DNA of 64,000 nt from an uncultured delta proteobacterium (GCA_963816145.1 CAWFJP010000018.1:96001-160000), one strand, 5' to 3'. Numbered from the stretch's first letter, positions 22,085 through 33,666 are shown. Program-made: numbers and translations. Notes: generated by a model not told the origin, from the letters alone.

Positions 22085-24638
22085 TTAGGCGGCGAACTGG
22101 TTCAAGGAGACGTAGTCCTTGACGTATTCGGGGATGAGCGCGCGGTACTTCTCCGGCACGGCCCTGAAGTCGCGGGTGGAGAAGACCGGGTTGGTCGCCA
22201 GGTCGGTGAACTGCCTGCTCTCGATGATGTCGCGGACCCGGTCGCTGGTGACGTAGGCCTTGAAGTAGTTCTTGATGGCCGGGATGGCCGTCGGCCTCTT
22301 CGGGCTTGTAGTCGGCGACGAACTTGGCGAACTCCTCTTCCAGCAGTTCGTCCTTGGACTTGAAGCGCGGGATGAGGCCGAAGACCTTCTCCAGGATCTC
22401 GCGCAGCGTCAGGCGGCGGTCCACGGCGGCGGCCTTGCGCAGCTTGTCGAGGGTGTAGTACTCCTCGGGCTTGTCGAAGACTTCGCGGTTGACGTAGTCG
22501 ATGACGCGGTCCCACTGCCCGGCCTCGACGGCTGCGGCGATGGTCTCGTTCTCGCGCACGGTGTCCTCGAACTTCTCGAAGAACATGCGGTCGATCTTCA
22601 TGCCCTCGTAGCCGATCGTCTCTTCCTTGATCGAGGCGAGGATGTCGGCGCCGAGGTGCTCGTAGGTGCCGCCGACGACCACCGGGCCCGTCGCCGCCGC
22701 CGTCATCGCGGCCCTTGCCCTGGGGCCGGGGGAGCTTCAGCACTTCGTCGTAGTTGAACTCCTCCTCGAAGTATTCGCAGTTGGCGAAGAAGTCGAAGAG
22801 CTTGAAGGCGGTCTTCTGCGGCTGCTGCGACGCCGTCCTTGAGGCTGTCGTCGAAGAGCTGCTCGAGGAAGTTGTGCTTGCGGGTGCCGCGCCCCTTGAT
22901 CTGGATGAAGTCGGTCGGCGAGAAGATCGGGCGGAAGAGACCGAGGTTGAGGATGTCCGTGCAGTCGTAGCCGGTGGTCATCATGCCGACGGTGACGCAG
23001 ACGCGGGCCTTGCTGGTCTTGTAGGCGGGCGAGGAAGTTGGCCGAGCCGAGCAGGTTGTTGTTGGTGAAGTTGATGGTGAACTGCTGGGCGTCGGGAATC
23101 TGCGAGGTGACCTGCACGGCGAAGTCGGACTGGTACTTGCCGGGGAACATGCGGTCGGCCATCTGGTTGAGGATCTGCGCCAGCTTGGCGGCGTGGTTCT
23201 GGCTGACGGCGAAGATGATCGACTTGCCGATCTCGCCGCTGACCGGATCGCGCAGGGCGTTTTCGAGGAAGGTCTTGCAGAAGAGCTGGTTGGTGGCGTC
23301 GGCGAAGAAGCGCTTCTCGAACTCGCGCTGCTTGAAGGTCTCCTCGCTGGTCCTCGCCGGCGTCGTCCGTGAACGAGACGACGAAGCCCTCGTCGGAGAG
23401 CAGCTGCGGTGGTGATCTCGGTGCGGGCATCCACCACCGTCGGATTGATCAGGAAGCCGTCCTTCACGCCGTCGAGCAGCGAGTAGCGGAAGGTGGGCTG
23501 GCTGTTCTCGCAGCCGAAGGTGCGGTAGGTGTCCAGCAGCAGGCGGCGCTCGGCCTCGCGCGGGTCGCGGGTGGTCGGCTTCGGCTTTGTCGAAGCTGCT
23601 TGAGGTAGTCGCGCGGCGTGGCGGTGAGGCCGAGCTTGTAGCCGATGAAGTAGTCGAAGACGGCGCGGGCGTTGCCGCCGATGGAGCGGTGCGCTTCGTC
23701 GGAGATGACGAGATCGAAGTCGGTCGGCGAGAAGAGCTGCTGGTACTTGTTGTTGAAGAGCAGCGACTGCACGGTGGTGACGACGATCTCCGCGCGTCGC
23801 CAGTCGTCGCGGTTCTCCTTGTAGATGACCGTCTTGAAAGTCGTTCGTGAGAGCAGCGCGGCGAAGGCCTTCTTGGCCTGGTCTTCCAGTTCGAGGCGAT
23901 CCACCAGGAAGAGGACGCGCCGGGCGTTGCCGGTGCGGAGGAAGAGCTTGATGACGGCGGCGGCGGTGAGCGTCTTGCCGGTGCCGGTGGCCATCTCGAA
24001 CAGGAAGCGGTCCTTGCCGTCCTTGACCGCGCGCTGGAAGGCGTGGATCGGCCTTGAGCTGATAGGGCCGCAGAAAGCGCAGCTTGTTGGCCTCGATGTA
24101 GCCGGGGCGCTCGGCTTCGTTCCGCCACGCCGGCTTCGGATTGGTAGTTCGGGCGCTGGGTGAGGACGATGTAGTCGTCGCCGACCTGCTCCTCGATCAG
24201 GCGCTTCGGGTTGGGCGTGACCTTCTGGTAGCCGATGACCGAGTCGGGCGTCGGAAACGACGTGATGACGTAGGGGTTGCCGCGCTCGAGATCCCAGAAG
24301 TAGTGCAGGTTGCCGTTGGAGAGGATGACGAAGCGGCAGTTCTGGGAGCGGGCGTATTTGCGGGCCTGCTCCTTGCCGACGAGCGGGTTCTTGTCCTCGG
24401 CCTTGGCCTCAAGGACGATGAACGGGAAGCCCTTCGCGTCGAGAAGCAGAAAGTCGATGAAGCCCTTGCTCGTCTTCTCGAAGTTGTCGCCGAGCGCGTC
24501 GAGGTCGGTTGACTTGATCGTGACGCTGGGTTCAAGGCGGATGTTGGCGGGCGCGTCGCCTTCCGCGAAGAAACGCCAGCCAGCGGCTTCGAGCAGCTTG
24601 TTGATCTTGATGCGGGCGGTGGCTTCTTTTGCTGCCAT
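22085..24638 (-). pseudogene. hsdR: Type I restriction subunit (HsdR/EcoEI-like SF2 helicase-nuclease), multiply frameshifted
   Basis: ID..LEAK nuclease, MATGTGKT, DEAH, LTATP, MMTTGYD, QIKGRGTR. Confidence 0.85.
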
Positions 24639-24877
24639 GGGAAATTCAATCGCTGCGCTATTCTTAAAAGCGTCCAGGACACGCGTGGTCCTACAGGATC
24701 AGCGGCAAGGTTCTGTTCCGTCAAGCCACTCAAGCCCGGTCGTTCGACTTGGTTTAACTACGACCCGGACAGGCGCTCCGCTCAAGACGTACAATTGCGC
24801 GGGAATGACTCGGACCAAATTTTCGTCACTCTACTGGAATCAGCGGGGAGGTGGCAAGGGGTACTATAACTTGGGGA

Positions 24878-25440
24878 CGTTCCAATAGTTCCAATGGTTC
24901 CATAGGTTCCAACCGGTGACGTCAGGATCGTTCAAAGGTTCAACGACGATTCGCGAGGCTACCGTTCCAATAGTTCCAGCCCTTCGATACGGTCTTTGCG
25001 ACCACTCAGGACGGACGAAATGTTTTAATTGGGGGCCGTTCAAGTCGTTACTCGATCAAGGTCGTCTGAGCCGTTCCAATGGTTCCAATGGTTCCATAGG
25101 TTCCAGCGGTTATCGATCAAGGCGTTCGACCTCGGTTCAATCGTTCCATAAGGTTCAACGACGATTCCGCGAGGCTACCGTTCCAATAGTTCCAGCCGTT
25201 CCAAAGGTTCCAGAGGTTATCGTTCAAGCCCTTCGATACGGTCTTTGCGACCTACTCAGGACGAACGGAATTTCTTAATTGCAGTCCGTTCAAGGCGTTA
25301 CTCGAGCAAAGAACGCAGGTTCCAAGTGTTCCCATCGTTCCAAAGGTTCCAGCGGTTGGCCTTCATAAGGTCGTTCAAGAGTTCCGTTCGGCGGGCTCAG
25401 GGCCTGAGTTTATCAAAGGCAAAAGTTCAAGCGTTCAATC
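24878..25440 (+). repeat. Composite periodic repeat tract (NGTTCCANN 9-mers, GTTCAANN 8-mers, CCCTTCGATACGG..CTCAGG units)
   Basis: e.g. cgttccaat-agttccaat-ggttccata-ggttccaac at 24878-24913. Confidence 0.9.
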
Positions 25441-25478
25441 CTTCATCAGGGCGCCTCACATCCGAGGTCATTCTGTCG

Positions 25479-25507
25479 TTGACTGGTTTCGCCTCCCCTT
25501 GTACACT
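25479..25507 (+). promoter_or_regulatory. sigma70 promoter, leaderless
   Basis: TTGACT-17bp-TACACT, ATG 7 nt downstream, no SD. Confidence 0.65.
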
Positions 25508-25514
25508 TCCCCCC

Positions 25515-25781
25515 ATGAAATTGTCTATCAGTGAAACTCGCAGGCGCTTGCCGGAGCTGGTGCGGCGGGTGCAAAAAAACGCCGAGACGAAGGTCGAGAT
25601 TACCGTGCGCGACGAGGTCGTTGCCGAGCTGCGGCCAGCGCAGGCGCGGCCTGAGCCCGGTGCGGCAGCAAAGAAGCTGCTGGGTCTTATGCACAAGCTG
25701 CCAAAAGGCCGCGGCGCAAAGACCAACGTCTCCGGCCGTGTCAAAGACTACCTCTACGGCTCCGCCGGCACGAATCGCTGA
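25515..25781 (+). CDS. Phd/YefM-like antitoxin
   Basis: LSISETRRRLPELVRRV...EITVRDEVVAELRP. Confidence 0.82.
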   Translation: MKLSISETRRRLPELVRRVQKNAETKVEITVRDEVVAELRPAQARPEPGAAAKKLLGLMHKLPKGRGAKTNVSGRVKDYLYGSAGTNR

Positions 25782-26197
25782 TGGCGCTCCCGTCCCGCTT
25801 ATTCTGCGATACGTCATTTTTCTACGCCTGTCTCGATCCCAACGACAGCAATCATAACCGAGCCGAAGAGCTTACAGCCGACGCCGCAGCGTCATCTGTT
25901 ACGTTCGTCACTACTTGGGACATCATCAGCGAGACGGTTACCCTTCTGCGATATCGACTAGGCTATCAACCCGCGCTGCGTTTTCTCGAAGAGATCAAGC
26001 CGCATCTGACCGTCGTAGACTACGGCCCCCATGTGCGACATGAAGCCGAGCGAATATTTCGCCAGCGTGGCCGTAGGCGTCGCCTCTCGTTCTGTGACGC
26101 GATTTCATTTACTACCGTCACCACGCTTTTGGACCATATACCCTGCCTAGCTTTCGATCGAGATTTTCGCGCCCTTGGACTGACGGTGATCGTCTAG
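25781..26197 (+). CDS. vapC: VapC PIN-domain toxin
   Basis: FCDTSFFYA..D..D.NH...SETVTLL...LSFCDAISF...FDRDF. Confidence 0.88.
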   Translation: MALPSRLFCDTSFFYACLDPNDSNHNRAEELTADAAASSVTFVTTWDIISETVTLLRYRLGYQPALRFLEEIKPHLTVVDYGPHVRHEAERIFRQRGRRRRLSFCDAISFTTVTTLLDHIPCLAFDRDFRALGLTVIV

Positions 26198-26234
26198 ATT
26201 TCCCCGTTTGCAGAGTCTGTTTCGGTCAGCTTGG

Positions 26235-26490
26235 AGTCTCCAGCGGCTGGCTTGGATCGTTCAAAGGTTCAACGGTTCAAAAGTTCAAGGTCAGATTCGG
26301 AAGAATACCGTTCCAATAATTCCGGTCGTTTCACCGGTTCCAGCGACTGCTTCGGATCGTTCAAGTGTTGAAGGACGGCTTCGGGCGGACTGGGGAGCAA
26401 AGAAGAAGGCGGAAGGACGGCGGTGATTCCGTTAAGGGTTCCCGTCGGCGGGCTCAGGGCCTGAGTTTATCGAAGGCAAGCGTTCAAGGA
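26235..26490 (+). repeat. GTTCAA/GTTCCA repeat tract
   Basis: gttcaaag-gttcaacg-gttcaaaa-gttcaag; GGCGGGCTCAGGGCCTGAGTTTATCGAAGG. Confidence 0.85.
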
Positions 26491-26500
26491 TTTCCATCTC

Positions 26501-26728
26501 TCAGGCGGCGCCGTACTGACGGACTTCGACCTCGATCCCTGACCGGGCGGCCTCGGCTGCAGATTCTAGCAAGCTCGCGGTGATATCTCCGTCTACGTAC
26601 TCTTCACCGCAATTCGAGCAGATACTCGCGGGGACGCCTCTGAAAACTAGAGTGGCCCCCTCTTTATCCAAGGTGACTGTGACTTTGCCAGGCCGGGTCT
26701 CACCCTTTTTACAAATGACGCATTTCAT
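26501..26728 (-). CDS. YgiT-type zinc finger (MqsA-like) antitoxin
   Basis: MKCVICK...VPASICSNCGEEY. Confidence 0.88.
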   Translation of the reverse strand: MKCVICKKGETRPGKVTVTLDKEGATLVFRGVPASICSNCGEEYVDGDITASLLESAAEAARSGIEVEVRQYGAA

Positions 26729-27024
26729 GAGGTCTTTCTCCTTTTGAAATCAGCTTCCCAAACATCGGAATCGGGTACATAGGCCGTGATGATGACATGT
26801 TCCTTTTCGTCGAAGTTATCTGCCACGACGATGTGAAGGGGTCGATTGTTATGCCACCCAAGCAAGAGACGGCTTGGATAAGGGGTGTCATCGGGATAAT
26901 CTTCAATGATTTCTCCGGTGGCAATCACATACCGGACTTCCAGTTCGCTGATACTTCGTTGGTACATGCGCTGAATCGCGTGAACTCGAAATACCAACCG
27001 TTCAAAAACCACAACGACACCCAT
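26725..27024 (-). CDS. DUF4258 family toxin
   Basis: HAIQRMYQRSIS...IIEDYPDD.PYPS.L...PLHIV...ITAYVPD. Confidence 0.88.
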   Translation of the reverse strand: MGVVVVFERLVFRVHAIQRMYQRSISELEVRYVIATGEIIEDYPDDTPYPSRLLLGWHNNRPLHIVVADNFDEKEHVIITAYVPDSDVWEADFKRRKTS

Positions 27025-27132
27025 TAAATCAAATGACCGTTGCCTTGTAGCGACGCAAAATCTTTTTTCTTGAACTCCACTGACAAAGCTTATCTTACGC
27101 GAATCGAGATGGTGATGCCAAGCCTCAGCTCT

Positions 27133-27390
27133 CCGGATCGGACCCGCCTAACTCTAATCAAGAAACTGGCTCCGTTCCAATAGTTCCTGCCCTTCGATAC
27201 GGTCTTTGCGACCTACTCAGGACGAACGGAATTTTTTAATTGGGGGCCGTTCAAGGCGTTATTCGATCAAGGTCGTCCGAGCCGTTCCAGTGGTTCCAGT
27301 CGTTCCAGGGGTTCCAACGGTTTAACCTCGCGGGATCGTTCAAACGTTCAAGGTTCAAAAGTTCAACGACCGATTCGGAGCGCCGGATTA
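27133..27390 (+). repeat. RAYT-end motif followed by GTTCCA/GTTCAA tract
   Basis: CCGGATCGGACCCGCC 27133-27148; tract from 27172. Confidence 0.85.
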
Positions 27391-27395
27391 ACGAC

Positions 27396-28148
27396 TTACT
27401 TATGGGGCTGCTCTTGCAGCAGATGGAGATGGTGCACTATCGCTCGGTTTAATTCCGGCGTTGCGATGGGCCGGGAACTCGTCGCCCTGTAGTGGCTGAT
27501 AAATGCGACTAATTCCGCAGAGCGGAGCACCGGAATCGTCGGACTTTTGAGGTTAAGCCGCCCGTTGGGATTTGTGAAAGCCAGTATCGGGTTCACCCAG
27601 GGAATCCTCGCGTGATACTCCCTGAACACGCCGTCGAGGCTGTTCTTGATTGCCATCGCGTTGCGCTTGGCTTGCTTGCTCAGGCTGTCAATCTCCCGCC
27701 GGTTGACATACCAACGATCGCCCCAGCAGCTCACGTAGCCCGAGTAATTCTTGGTTTCGATGACGAAAATGCCGTTGGGACCGATCACCAGATGGTCGAC
27801 GTTGCCGCACCCGTCGGGAAGCATGAGATCGTTGAGCAGGACATATTCGTTGGGCAGCGCCTTGAGCACCTCGGTAGCGGCCAACTCCCCTGCTTTGCCG
27901 GCCTGCCAATTACCCCAGCGCTTTAAGTCGGCTTTGGCGCCGGCGACGACAATGGCGCCGCCAATCAATCCGAGAAGCGGCGAGATCGTCAGAGCCAAAC
28001 CGCCGAAGACAGCGGTACCGAGCGCGACATGGCGCAGAACCAACCAGCCATGCTGTTCGATCCGCCGCTCGGTGAAATCCCCGCCATGGCGCAACAAAAG
28101 CATACCCCGGACACAGGCAAGGCCGATGCCAGGGACTCGGGGATGCAA
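27396..28148 (-). CDS. NERD nuclease-related domain protein with TM segment (start uncertain)
   Basis: GKAGE...LLNDL...NVDHLVIGPNGIFVIETKNYSG. Confidence 0.85.
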   Translation of the reverse strand: MHPRVPGIGLACVRGMLLLRHGGDFTERRIEQHGWLVLRHVALGTAVFGGLALTISPLLGLIGGAIVVAGAKADLKRWGNWQAGKAGELAATEVLKALPNEYVLLNDLMLPDGCGNVDHLVIGPNGIFVIETKNYSGYVSCWGDRWYVNRREIDSLSKQAKRNAMAIKNSLDGVFREYHARIPWVNPILAFTNPNGRLNLKSPTIPVLRSAELVAFISHYRATSSRPIATPELNRAIVHHLHLLQEQPHK

Positions 28149-28275
28149 AGTTGGCGCGATTGGCGAATTAAAGAAAAACTCGCAGTACGAAAAAGTTAAG
28201 GTGTAACTCTAACAGACATCCAAGTTTGCCACGACGGGTTACCGTTTGCGACTGGCGCTCCAAGTGAAGCTGTCT

Positions 28276-28622
28276 TCAAGGCGAAGCCGTTAGCTTGCGC
28301 AAAAGGCCGTCGACCTTCGATTTTAGATTCGGAAGATCTCGCTCAATCGCATCCCACACGATGTTCGTATCGATCACAAAGTAGTCGTGGAAAAGGATAT
28401 GCCGCATACCAATAATCTCTGTCCATGGAATATCCGGCTCGTGATCTCGCACCTCGCGCGGCAAGGCGTATGCCGCCTCGCCAATAATTTGGCGATGGCG
28501 CCCGAACCAACTCTGGATTAGCTCGTCCTTTTCAAAAGCCTGCCGCCCGCGTGCGGCGTAGCGTGTTCGATGTTGGCGATCGCATCGAGGATGTCACGGA
28601 GGCGCTCCTTCGGGTCCCTCAC
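28276..28622 (-). pseudogene. HepT/DUF86 HEPN toxin, frameshift near 28563
   Basis: [15 protein letters not shown] / ...IIGEAA...IPWTEIIGMRHILFHDY. Confidence 0.85.
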
Positions 28623-28909
28623 AAGGACTCCGCTTCTTTCAAGACCCGTTCGCGGATGCGCGGTTTAAGACCATGCTCGGTGACAACGTCGACATTTACT
28701 CCGAGCAAATCTCGTAGCTCCATCAGTAGCCCGCCCAGATCGAGAAGCGTGCGGCCAGGCGCCATATCCAGCAAAAAGTCCACATCGCTATCGGGCCTCG
28801 CGTCGCCGCGCGCCACCGAACCAAAAACCCGAATATTGCGGGCGCCATGCTTGGCAGCTATCGCGCAAATCTCGATCTTGTTCTTTCCTATAAGCGCGGC
28901 GATATCCAT
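28619..28909 (-). CDS. MNT minimal nucleotidyltransferase antitoxin
   Basis: [19 protein letters not shown]. Confidence 0.9.
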   Translation of the reverse strand: MDIAALIGKNKIEICAIAAKHGARNIRVFGSVARGDARPDSDVDFLLDMAPGRTLLDLGGLLMELRDLLGVNVDVVTEHGLKPRIRERVLKEAESL

Positions 28910-29003
28910 CGATTCACCTTTCACAAGTCACGAGGCGATATTATCTTCTTTCAGCCCTGGTTTGCCAGCCCAACCGAGGGCCACGTTTTCGTATCAACGT
29001 CAT

Positions 29004-29330
29004 TCGGGTCGGACCCGCCTAACTCTAAGAAATCGTACCGTTTTCATCCCATACAACTGTGTTTTCGAGCCTTAGAGCGTCATTTTCACCGGCAAAATTG
29101 CCCTCGTAAGCAGCACTCGGTTCGCGTAGCAACACCGTTGGCTCGCCGCGTTCGATTGAGCGGTGCCTCGCTTTGAATCCCAGTTCGTTTTGCACTTGCT
29201 CGACAAAAGATCCATCCCCAACTGCAATGGCTTCGCTCCAGTGAGCCGCGCGCGTGAGCTCACCCGCGAGCGCTTCTTCGATCCATCGCTGATGGACTCG
29301 TTGAAACTCTTTTACGTCGGTGAATCCGCA
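29004..29330 (-). mobile_element. Diverged RAYT C-terminal remnant with end motif
   Basis: GFTDVKEFQRVHQRWIE..WSEAIAVG..LREPSAAYEGNFAGENDALRLENTVVWDE, then GGTCCGACCCG. Confidence 0.8.
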
Positions 29331-29720
29331 ACATTGAACGTGTCAGGCTTTGCTACTTTGATTATGCGGCGTTTTCGTTCCACCGCGAGGAAACGTTCGG
29401 AAACAAGCAAATAAACAAAAGCCGACACGTTTCCCGTTTCCGCTTCTTTAATTTCGGTAGCTTGGAGCGTGGCTGAAACTGCAGAATCACCGATGCGGTA
29501 GGATCTGCGTGCGGTTTTGGGCTCAAGCCTAAGTATGACTTATTTACATTGGCATCGTTGGACAAGTGTTCGCCACCTCACCACCTATCATCCAACTCAG
29601 GATAATGGCGAAAGATCCCTTGCTGATTGAAGGGCAAGCGCCGTTCGGACGCGAGATGCACACTTGCAAACGTCTGGATTACCGCCAGTTAGTGTTCCTA
29701 ACTAACGGTCCACCGACTTT

Positions 29721-30149
29721 TTACCTGAGCGCTTTCCTCAAGATGCCGACCGCGTTGTCCGCGTCCATCGCGCTGTCGAAAGCCACGTAACTTACGGAGC
29801 GTCGCCCAAGCGCCGCCGCCGAAAGACCACGCAAATTGATCCCGGCGTCGGCGATGGCTTTGGTCATTTTCGCGCCAAGTCCCGCTTTGTCGGGGCCTTC
29901 AACCCGCACCGAATGGAGGCTATCGGTCGTGGCGAAGCCTGTCCCTTGGGCCGCGCTTTTCTGTTTTGCGCCTTTGATTGGGGTGACGAAAACGACCCCT
30001 GTGCCGGGTTTATCGGCGGCGCGGCGCGCGATTAGAAACTCAAGATTTGCGCCGGCATCACTCAAGGATTGTAACTTCTCGGCCAACCCTCCCGGACGAT
30101 CGGCGATTTCGCCTGCCCAAACGTCGACTTTCTTTACCGTATACGCCAT
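29721..30149 (-). CDS. ACT-domain (amino-acid-binding) protein
   Basis: Two ACT repeats DRPGGLA / DKAGLGA; AAGGAGG RBS. Confidence 0.85.
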   Translation of the reverse strand: MAYTVKKVDVWAGEIADRPGGLAEKLQSLSDAGANLEFLIARRAADKPGTGVVFVTPIKGAKQKSAAQGTGFATTDSLHSVRVEGPDKAGLGAKMTKAIADAGINLRGLSAAALGRRSVSYVAFDSAMDADNAVGILRKALR

Positions 30150-30238
30150 GGTCATTCCTCCTTACTGTTTGGAACTTAAGACGTAAATGGGGTGGTAATA
30201 CATTCGCGCGCCGGTCGTCAAGCGCAATGCTATCGCAT

Positions 30239-30560
30239 TCGGGTCGGACCCGCCTAAGTTTCGCAAGGCTAGCGTTCCAATGGTTCCAGTCGTTCCACAG
30301 GTTCCAGCGGTTGGGGTTCCTAGGATCGGTTCGAAGGCTCAACGACGATTCCGCAAGGCCACCGTTCCAAGTGTTCGAGACCTTCGATACGGTCTTTGCG
30401 ACCTACTCAGGGCGAACGGAATTTTTTAATTGGGGTCCGTTCAAGTCCTTACTCGATCAAGGTCGTCGGGGCCGTTCCAATGGTTCCAGCCGTTTCAATA
30501 GTTCCAATCCTTCCAGGGGTTCCAGCGGTTAGAACTCATGGGACATTGACAGCGTTCAAG
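30239..30560 (+). repeat. RAYT-end motif plus GTTCCA tract
   Basis: 30362-30509 identical by eye to 33746-33893; 30272-30368 similar to 35927-36022. Confidence 0.9.
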
Positions 30561-30594
30561 CCAATGTCTTCACTTCGATCATGCGCGGCGATGT

Positions 30595-31969
30595 TTAGTC
30601 CTGTCCCGCCGCTTGTCGTGCCTTTACCTGTGGTCCCCACTTTCGCACGGCGCCCTTCGAAAGCAGCGCCTCAAGCTCTCGACCGGCAGTGGCCCTCGAC
30701 GCTCCAGTTGCCCGTCGATACTCGCTGTTATTGATTCGCGCATGACTCTTCAAGTATTGAACGGCCTGCTTCTGTCGGTCGTTAAGCTCAAAACGACCTA
30801 ACAGATCCGCCGTCAACCAATCGCGCCACAACGTCGTCACGAAGAATCCCTGTCGCGACTCAAAATCGGGTTCGGGTAATCCGCCTTCGCGGCAAAGCTC
30901 GATCATGGTCTGGGTGCCCGATCCCACTCGCTCGATGTAGCGCGTTAAGTATAACGATTCGGCAACCAAAGGGTTGTAAGGAATTGAGGCGTGATCGTGC
31001 GCAGCGCCTCCAAGGTGAGCGAGCCGGGAAGCCTGCCGGGATTCCAGACCTCTAAGCGATCAGCGAACAGGCGCACCTCGACAGAACCATTGCTGTAAAA
31101 GTCACGATGGGCAATCGCGTTGAGGATCGCCTCACTGACGGCGTCGGGCGTAAGCTCGTAGCTGGCCGGCGCGATATTGCTTTGGCCGAGCGCCGATGGA
31201 GCGGTTGATCTTCGCGAGCACGAAATCGCGATCTTGATCCGCCGTTCGAAGAGATCGCCGCCGTAAACTTGCAGGGAGGCATGGGACGGCGGAACTCGGT
31301 GCCATGGCAGTGAATGCATTTGACTTCGGCGGTGCGCTGGAAGCGCTGCGGATGGGTACCGATCAACAGCATCGCCGCATTGGTCGGCTTGGCGCGATCA
31401 AGCGAATTGCGATGCTGAGTAAAGCCTTGGTTTCCGTGTTGGGTTTCAGCGGAAAGCCGCGCTCGCGGCGGGCGGTTTGCAAAAACCAGTCGACGTCGCT
31501 TCCGAGAAAGATTGCGCCAGAGTCGCGCAGTCGCACGTCGAGATGTCGAACGGCGGCACGCGCAGCGCGCCCATATCATCGAGCTTGATCCACCAGACTG
31601 GCATAGACTTCGGCGGTCAGAGCGATGGCATCTTCGACGCGGCGGCGAACCTGTTGACCTCTGGCTTTGCTCACCGTGGCGCATATTCGCGGCGCGGTTC
31701 GGGGTGTCCTCGCTGCACAGACATAGATCAGTCGATCTTGATGTAACGAATCGCGTGATCGTAATCAGGTTCGGTGGACGACATCCCGTTGGTCTCGACG
31801 GATTCATTCCAAGCAGTCCGAGATAGACATCGCGCGCTCGACCTCTTTCAAATACACTTCGTAAGCGCGCCGGTCTTTGGCGAGCAGGTCCCGAACAGAA
31901 ACCCTCGGTGATGAATCGCTGCAACACTGCGTGGACAACTCAACGAGGATATCGATATCCTGGCGCATC
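30595..31969 (-). pseudogene. ATP-binding RecG-C/HATPase_c_4 + HTH protein (probable DUF4062 N-terminus), multiply frameshifted
   Basis: EAILNAIAHRDF, DRLEVWNPGRLP, YIERVGSGT, LNDRQ..INNSEYR. Confidence 0.75.
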
Positions 31970-32252
31970 AGGCGAACTCTGTCTGAACTGCTGTAAAAGT
32001 TCTTAGGCGGGATCGATCCATGTGAGTCAATCTAGCGGATGGCGGCAGCATCTTGTCGAACCGACGGCGACTTCGCTAAAGCAGCCTCGTTCTGGAAAAC
32101 CTCTAATTCTTCGCTCATGCGATGATTGCCACCACTTTCGAATGCTCTCCGCGGTGACCATTCCCGAAAAAGCCGCACTGTTCAAGAGCGCGAAGTTCCC
32201 GGTCCAGGACACCACTCCGGTTCCCATCGTTCCATGGGTTCCATCAAGCTAG

Positions 32253-32442
32253 TCAGTTAAGATCTTTGCCGTAGCGCGCGGCGCGTTCTTCGACCAAAAA
32301 GCCGATCTTGCGCTTCTTGGGCTCCGGCGGGGTCATCAACTGGCGGATGGCTTCGAACAGCGATCGAATGTGGACGTCATGGCTCTCCAATTTGCGCTCC
32401 AACGCGTCGAGCTTGCGGGCCAAATCCATATTGGACGCGATC
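32253..32442 (-). pseudogene. ORF6N-domain protein C-terminal fragment
   Basis: [43 protein letters not shown]. Confidence 0.75.
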
Positions 32443-32650
32443 GTTCCAATGGTTCCAGTCGTTCCAAAGGCTCCAGCAGTTCGGTTTCCTAGGATCGTTC
32501 AAGTGTTCAACTAGCGTTAAGCATGGCTTCGGGCGACTCGGGAGCAAAGATAAAGGCGGAAGCATGGGGCGATTCGGCTCAACGGTTCCCTTCGGCGGGC
32601 GCAGGGCCTGAGTTTATCGAGGCAACAGTTCAGACGTTTAACGATGGACT
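32442..32650 (+). repeat. GTTCCA/GTTCAA tract
   Basis: cgttccaat-ggttccagt-cgttccaaa; similar to 26310-26490. Confidence 0.85.
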
Positions 32651-32664
32651 CGGAGGGGTGTCGC

Positions 32665-32990
32665 TCATTTACCGGCGGTTAACTCGGCTTCAAGGGCCGC
32701 TCCTTGCGAAACCGGCTAACGCCGAGAATGCGGAATCCAACCAACTGTCCATGCTCGTCGACTCGCTCCATGAGCGCGTCGTGGGCGGTTTCGCGCATGA
32801 ACCCGGCGGCATCGCTGAACCGTACTTCTAAAAAGTCACCTCGGGATCGCACCAGACTTTTACTTATCGGCCATACGATTTCTCCTGCTATTCACAGTGT
32901 CCGTCAAATACGCGGTAATGACAAAAGGATCACTCGGCAAATACTTTACCACCACGCACCGAATTAAAGATATCGAGCGCGCTATTTGAA
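32665..32990 (-). pseudogene. DUF2283-like antitoxin (frameshifted) with C-terminal remnant of its partner
   Basis: VKVWCDPE.GDFLEVRFSDAAGFMRET..ERVDEHGQLVGF; upstream CVVVKY..FVITAYLTD. Confidence 0.65.
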
Positions 32991-32992
32991 AG

Positions 32993-33403
32993 TTATCGGG
33001 CCGGTATGATCGCAAAGCGACCGAGCCTGGCTGGCCGATAAACCTGAAAATCACGACGGTCGAGGGTGAAGATTCGCCGCAACCGTTCGCGCTCGGCAAC
33101 GCGAACCAAGGCGCCGTCCGCCAGATCCATCGGCAAATCGCGGTACTTGCGCATCAATTCTCTAATGCGCGGGACGTCCTCAATGCCTAACGGCAGGATC
33201 TCTATCGCGCCGGTCGCGATCATTTCCCAAAGCGCATCCTGGGCGCGCCAAGAAAAATTCAAAAGGTGCAGGGCTTCGGTGACTACGGGCCACACCGTGC
33301 CAAGCGGTTCGTCGAGCGCGGCAAAGGCGTCTCGACAACGCTCATGTTGATTGTCGTCTTGGTGGATGAGGGCGATCAACGGCCCGGCGTCGACAAGGAT
33401 CAT
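32993..33403 (-). CDS. vapC: VapC PIN-domain toxin
   Basis: LVDAGPLIAL..DDNQH..VVTEA..KYRDLPMDLADGALV..FTLDRRDF. Confidence 0.9.
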   Translation of the reverse strand: MILVDAGPLIALIHQDDNQHERCRDAFAALDEPLGTVWPVVTEALHLLNFSWRAQDALWEMIATGAIEILPLGIEDVPRIRELMRKYRDLPMDLADGALVRVAERERLRRIFTLDRRDFQVYRPARLGRFAIIPAR

Positions 33404-33666
33404 CGACGCTTGCGGGCGCGCTCGACAAGCATTTCGCGGACCTTCTTGCCCGTATCTATGGAAAGATCCCGGGGTCCGCCTTTGACACAGCCAATCAGAT
33501 GAGCCACCAGATCATACGGGCGCGTTTTCACCGCGCCCGTCCCTTCCTGTTTGGCAAGCACACCGATCGCGTCCCGGATGACTTCCGATTTGGTTTGTCG
33601 TCTTCTGCGAGCCAACCGCCCGATCAACGACTCCGTCTTTTGATCTAACCGAACGCTTAAAGGCAT
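33400..33666 (-). CDS. CopG/RHH antitoxin
   Basis: LSVRLD..LARRRRQTKSEVIRDAI..GGPRDLS; ATGA overlap. Confidence 0.85.
   Translation of the reverse strand: MPLSVRLDQKTESLIGRLARRRRQTKSEVIRDAIGVLAKQEGTGAVKTRPYDLVAHLIGCVKGGPRDLSIDTGKKVREMLVERARKRR

Noticed and set aside
20888-24888. Long plus-strand ORFs over the R-M genes
   Set aside because: Antisense shadows of high-GC3 coding sequence; no motifs
29560-29670. Gene fragment (HLASERRLPFNQQGIFRHYPELDDRW) on the minus strand
   Set aside because: Too short to assign; possibly further cassette debris
27145-30260. Integron attC sites (GCCTAAC at ~27146 and ~29017)
   Set aside because: Part of the RAYT end motif; no matching GTTRRRY arm or extended hairpin seen; no intI
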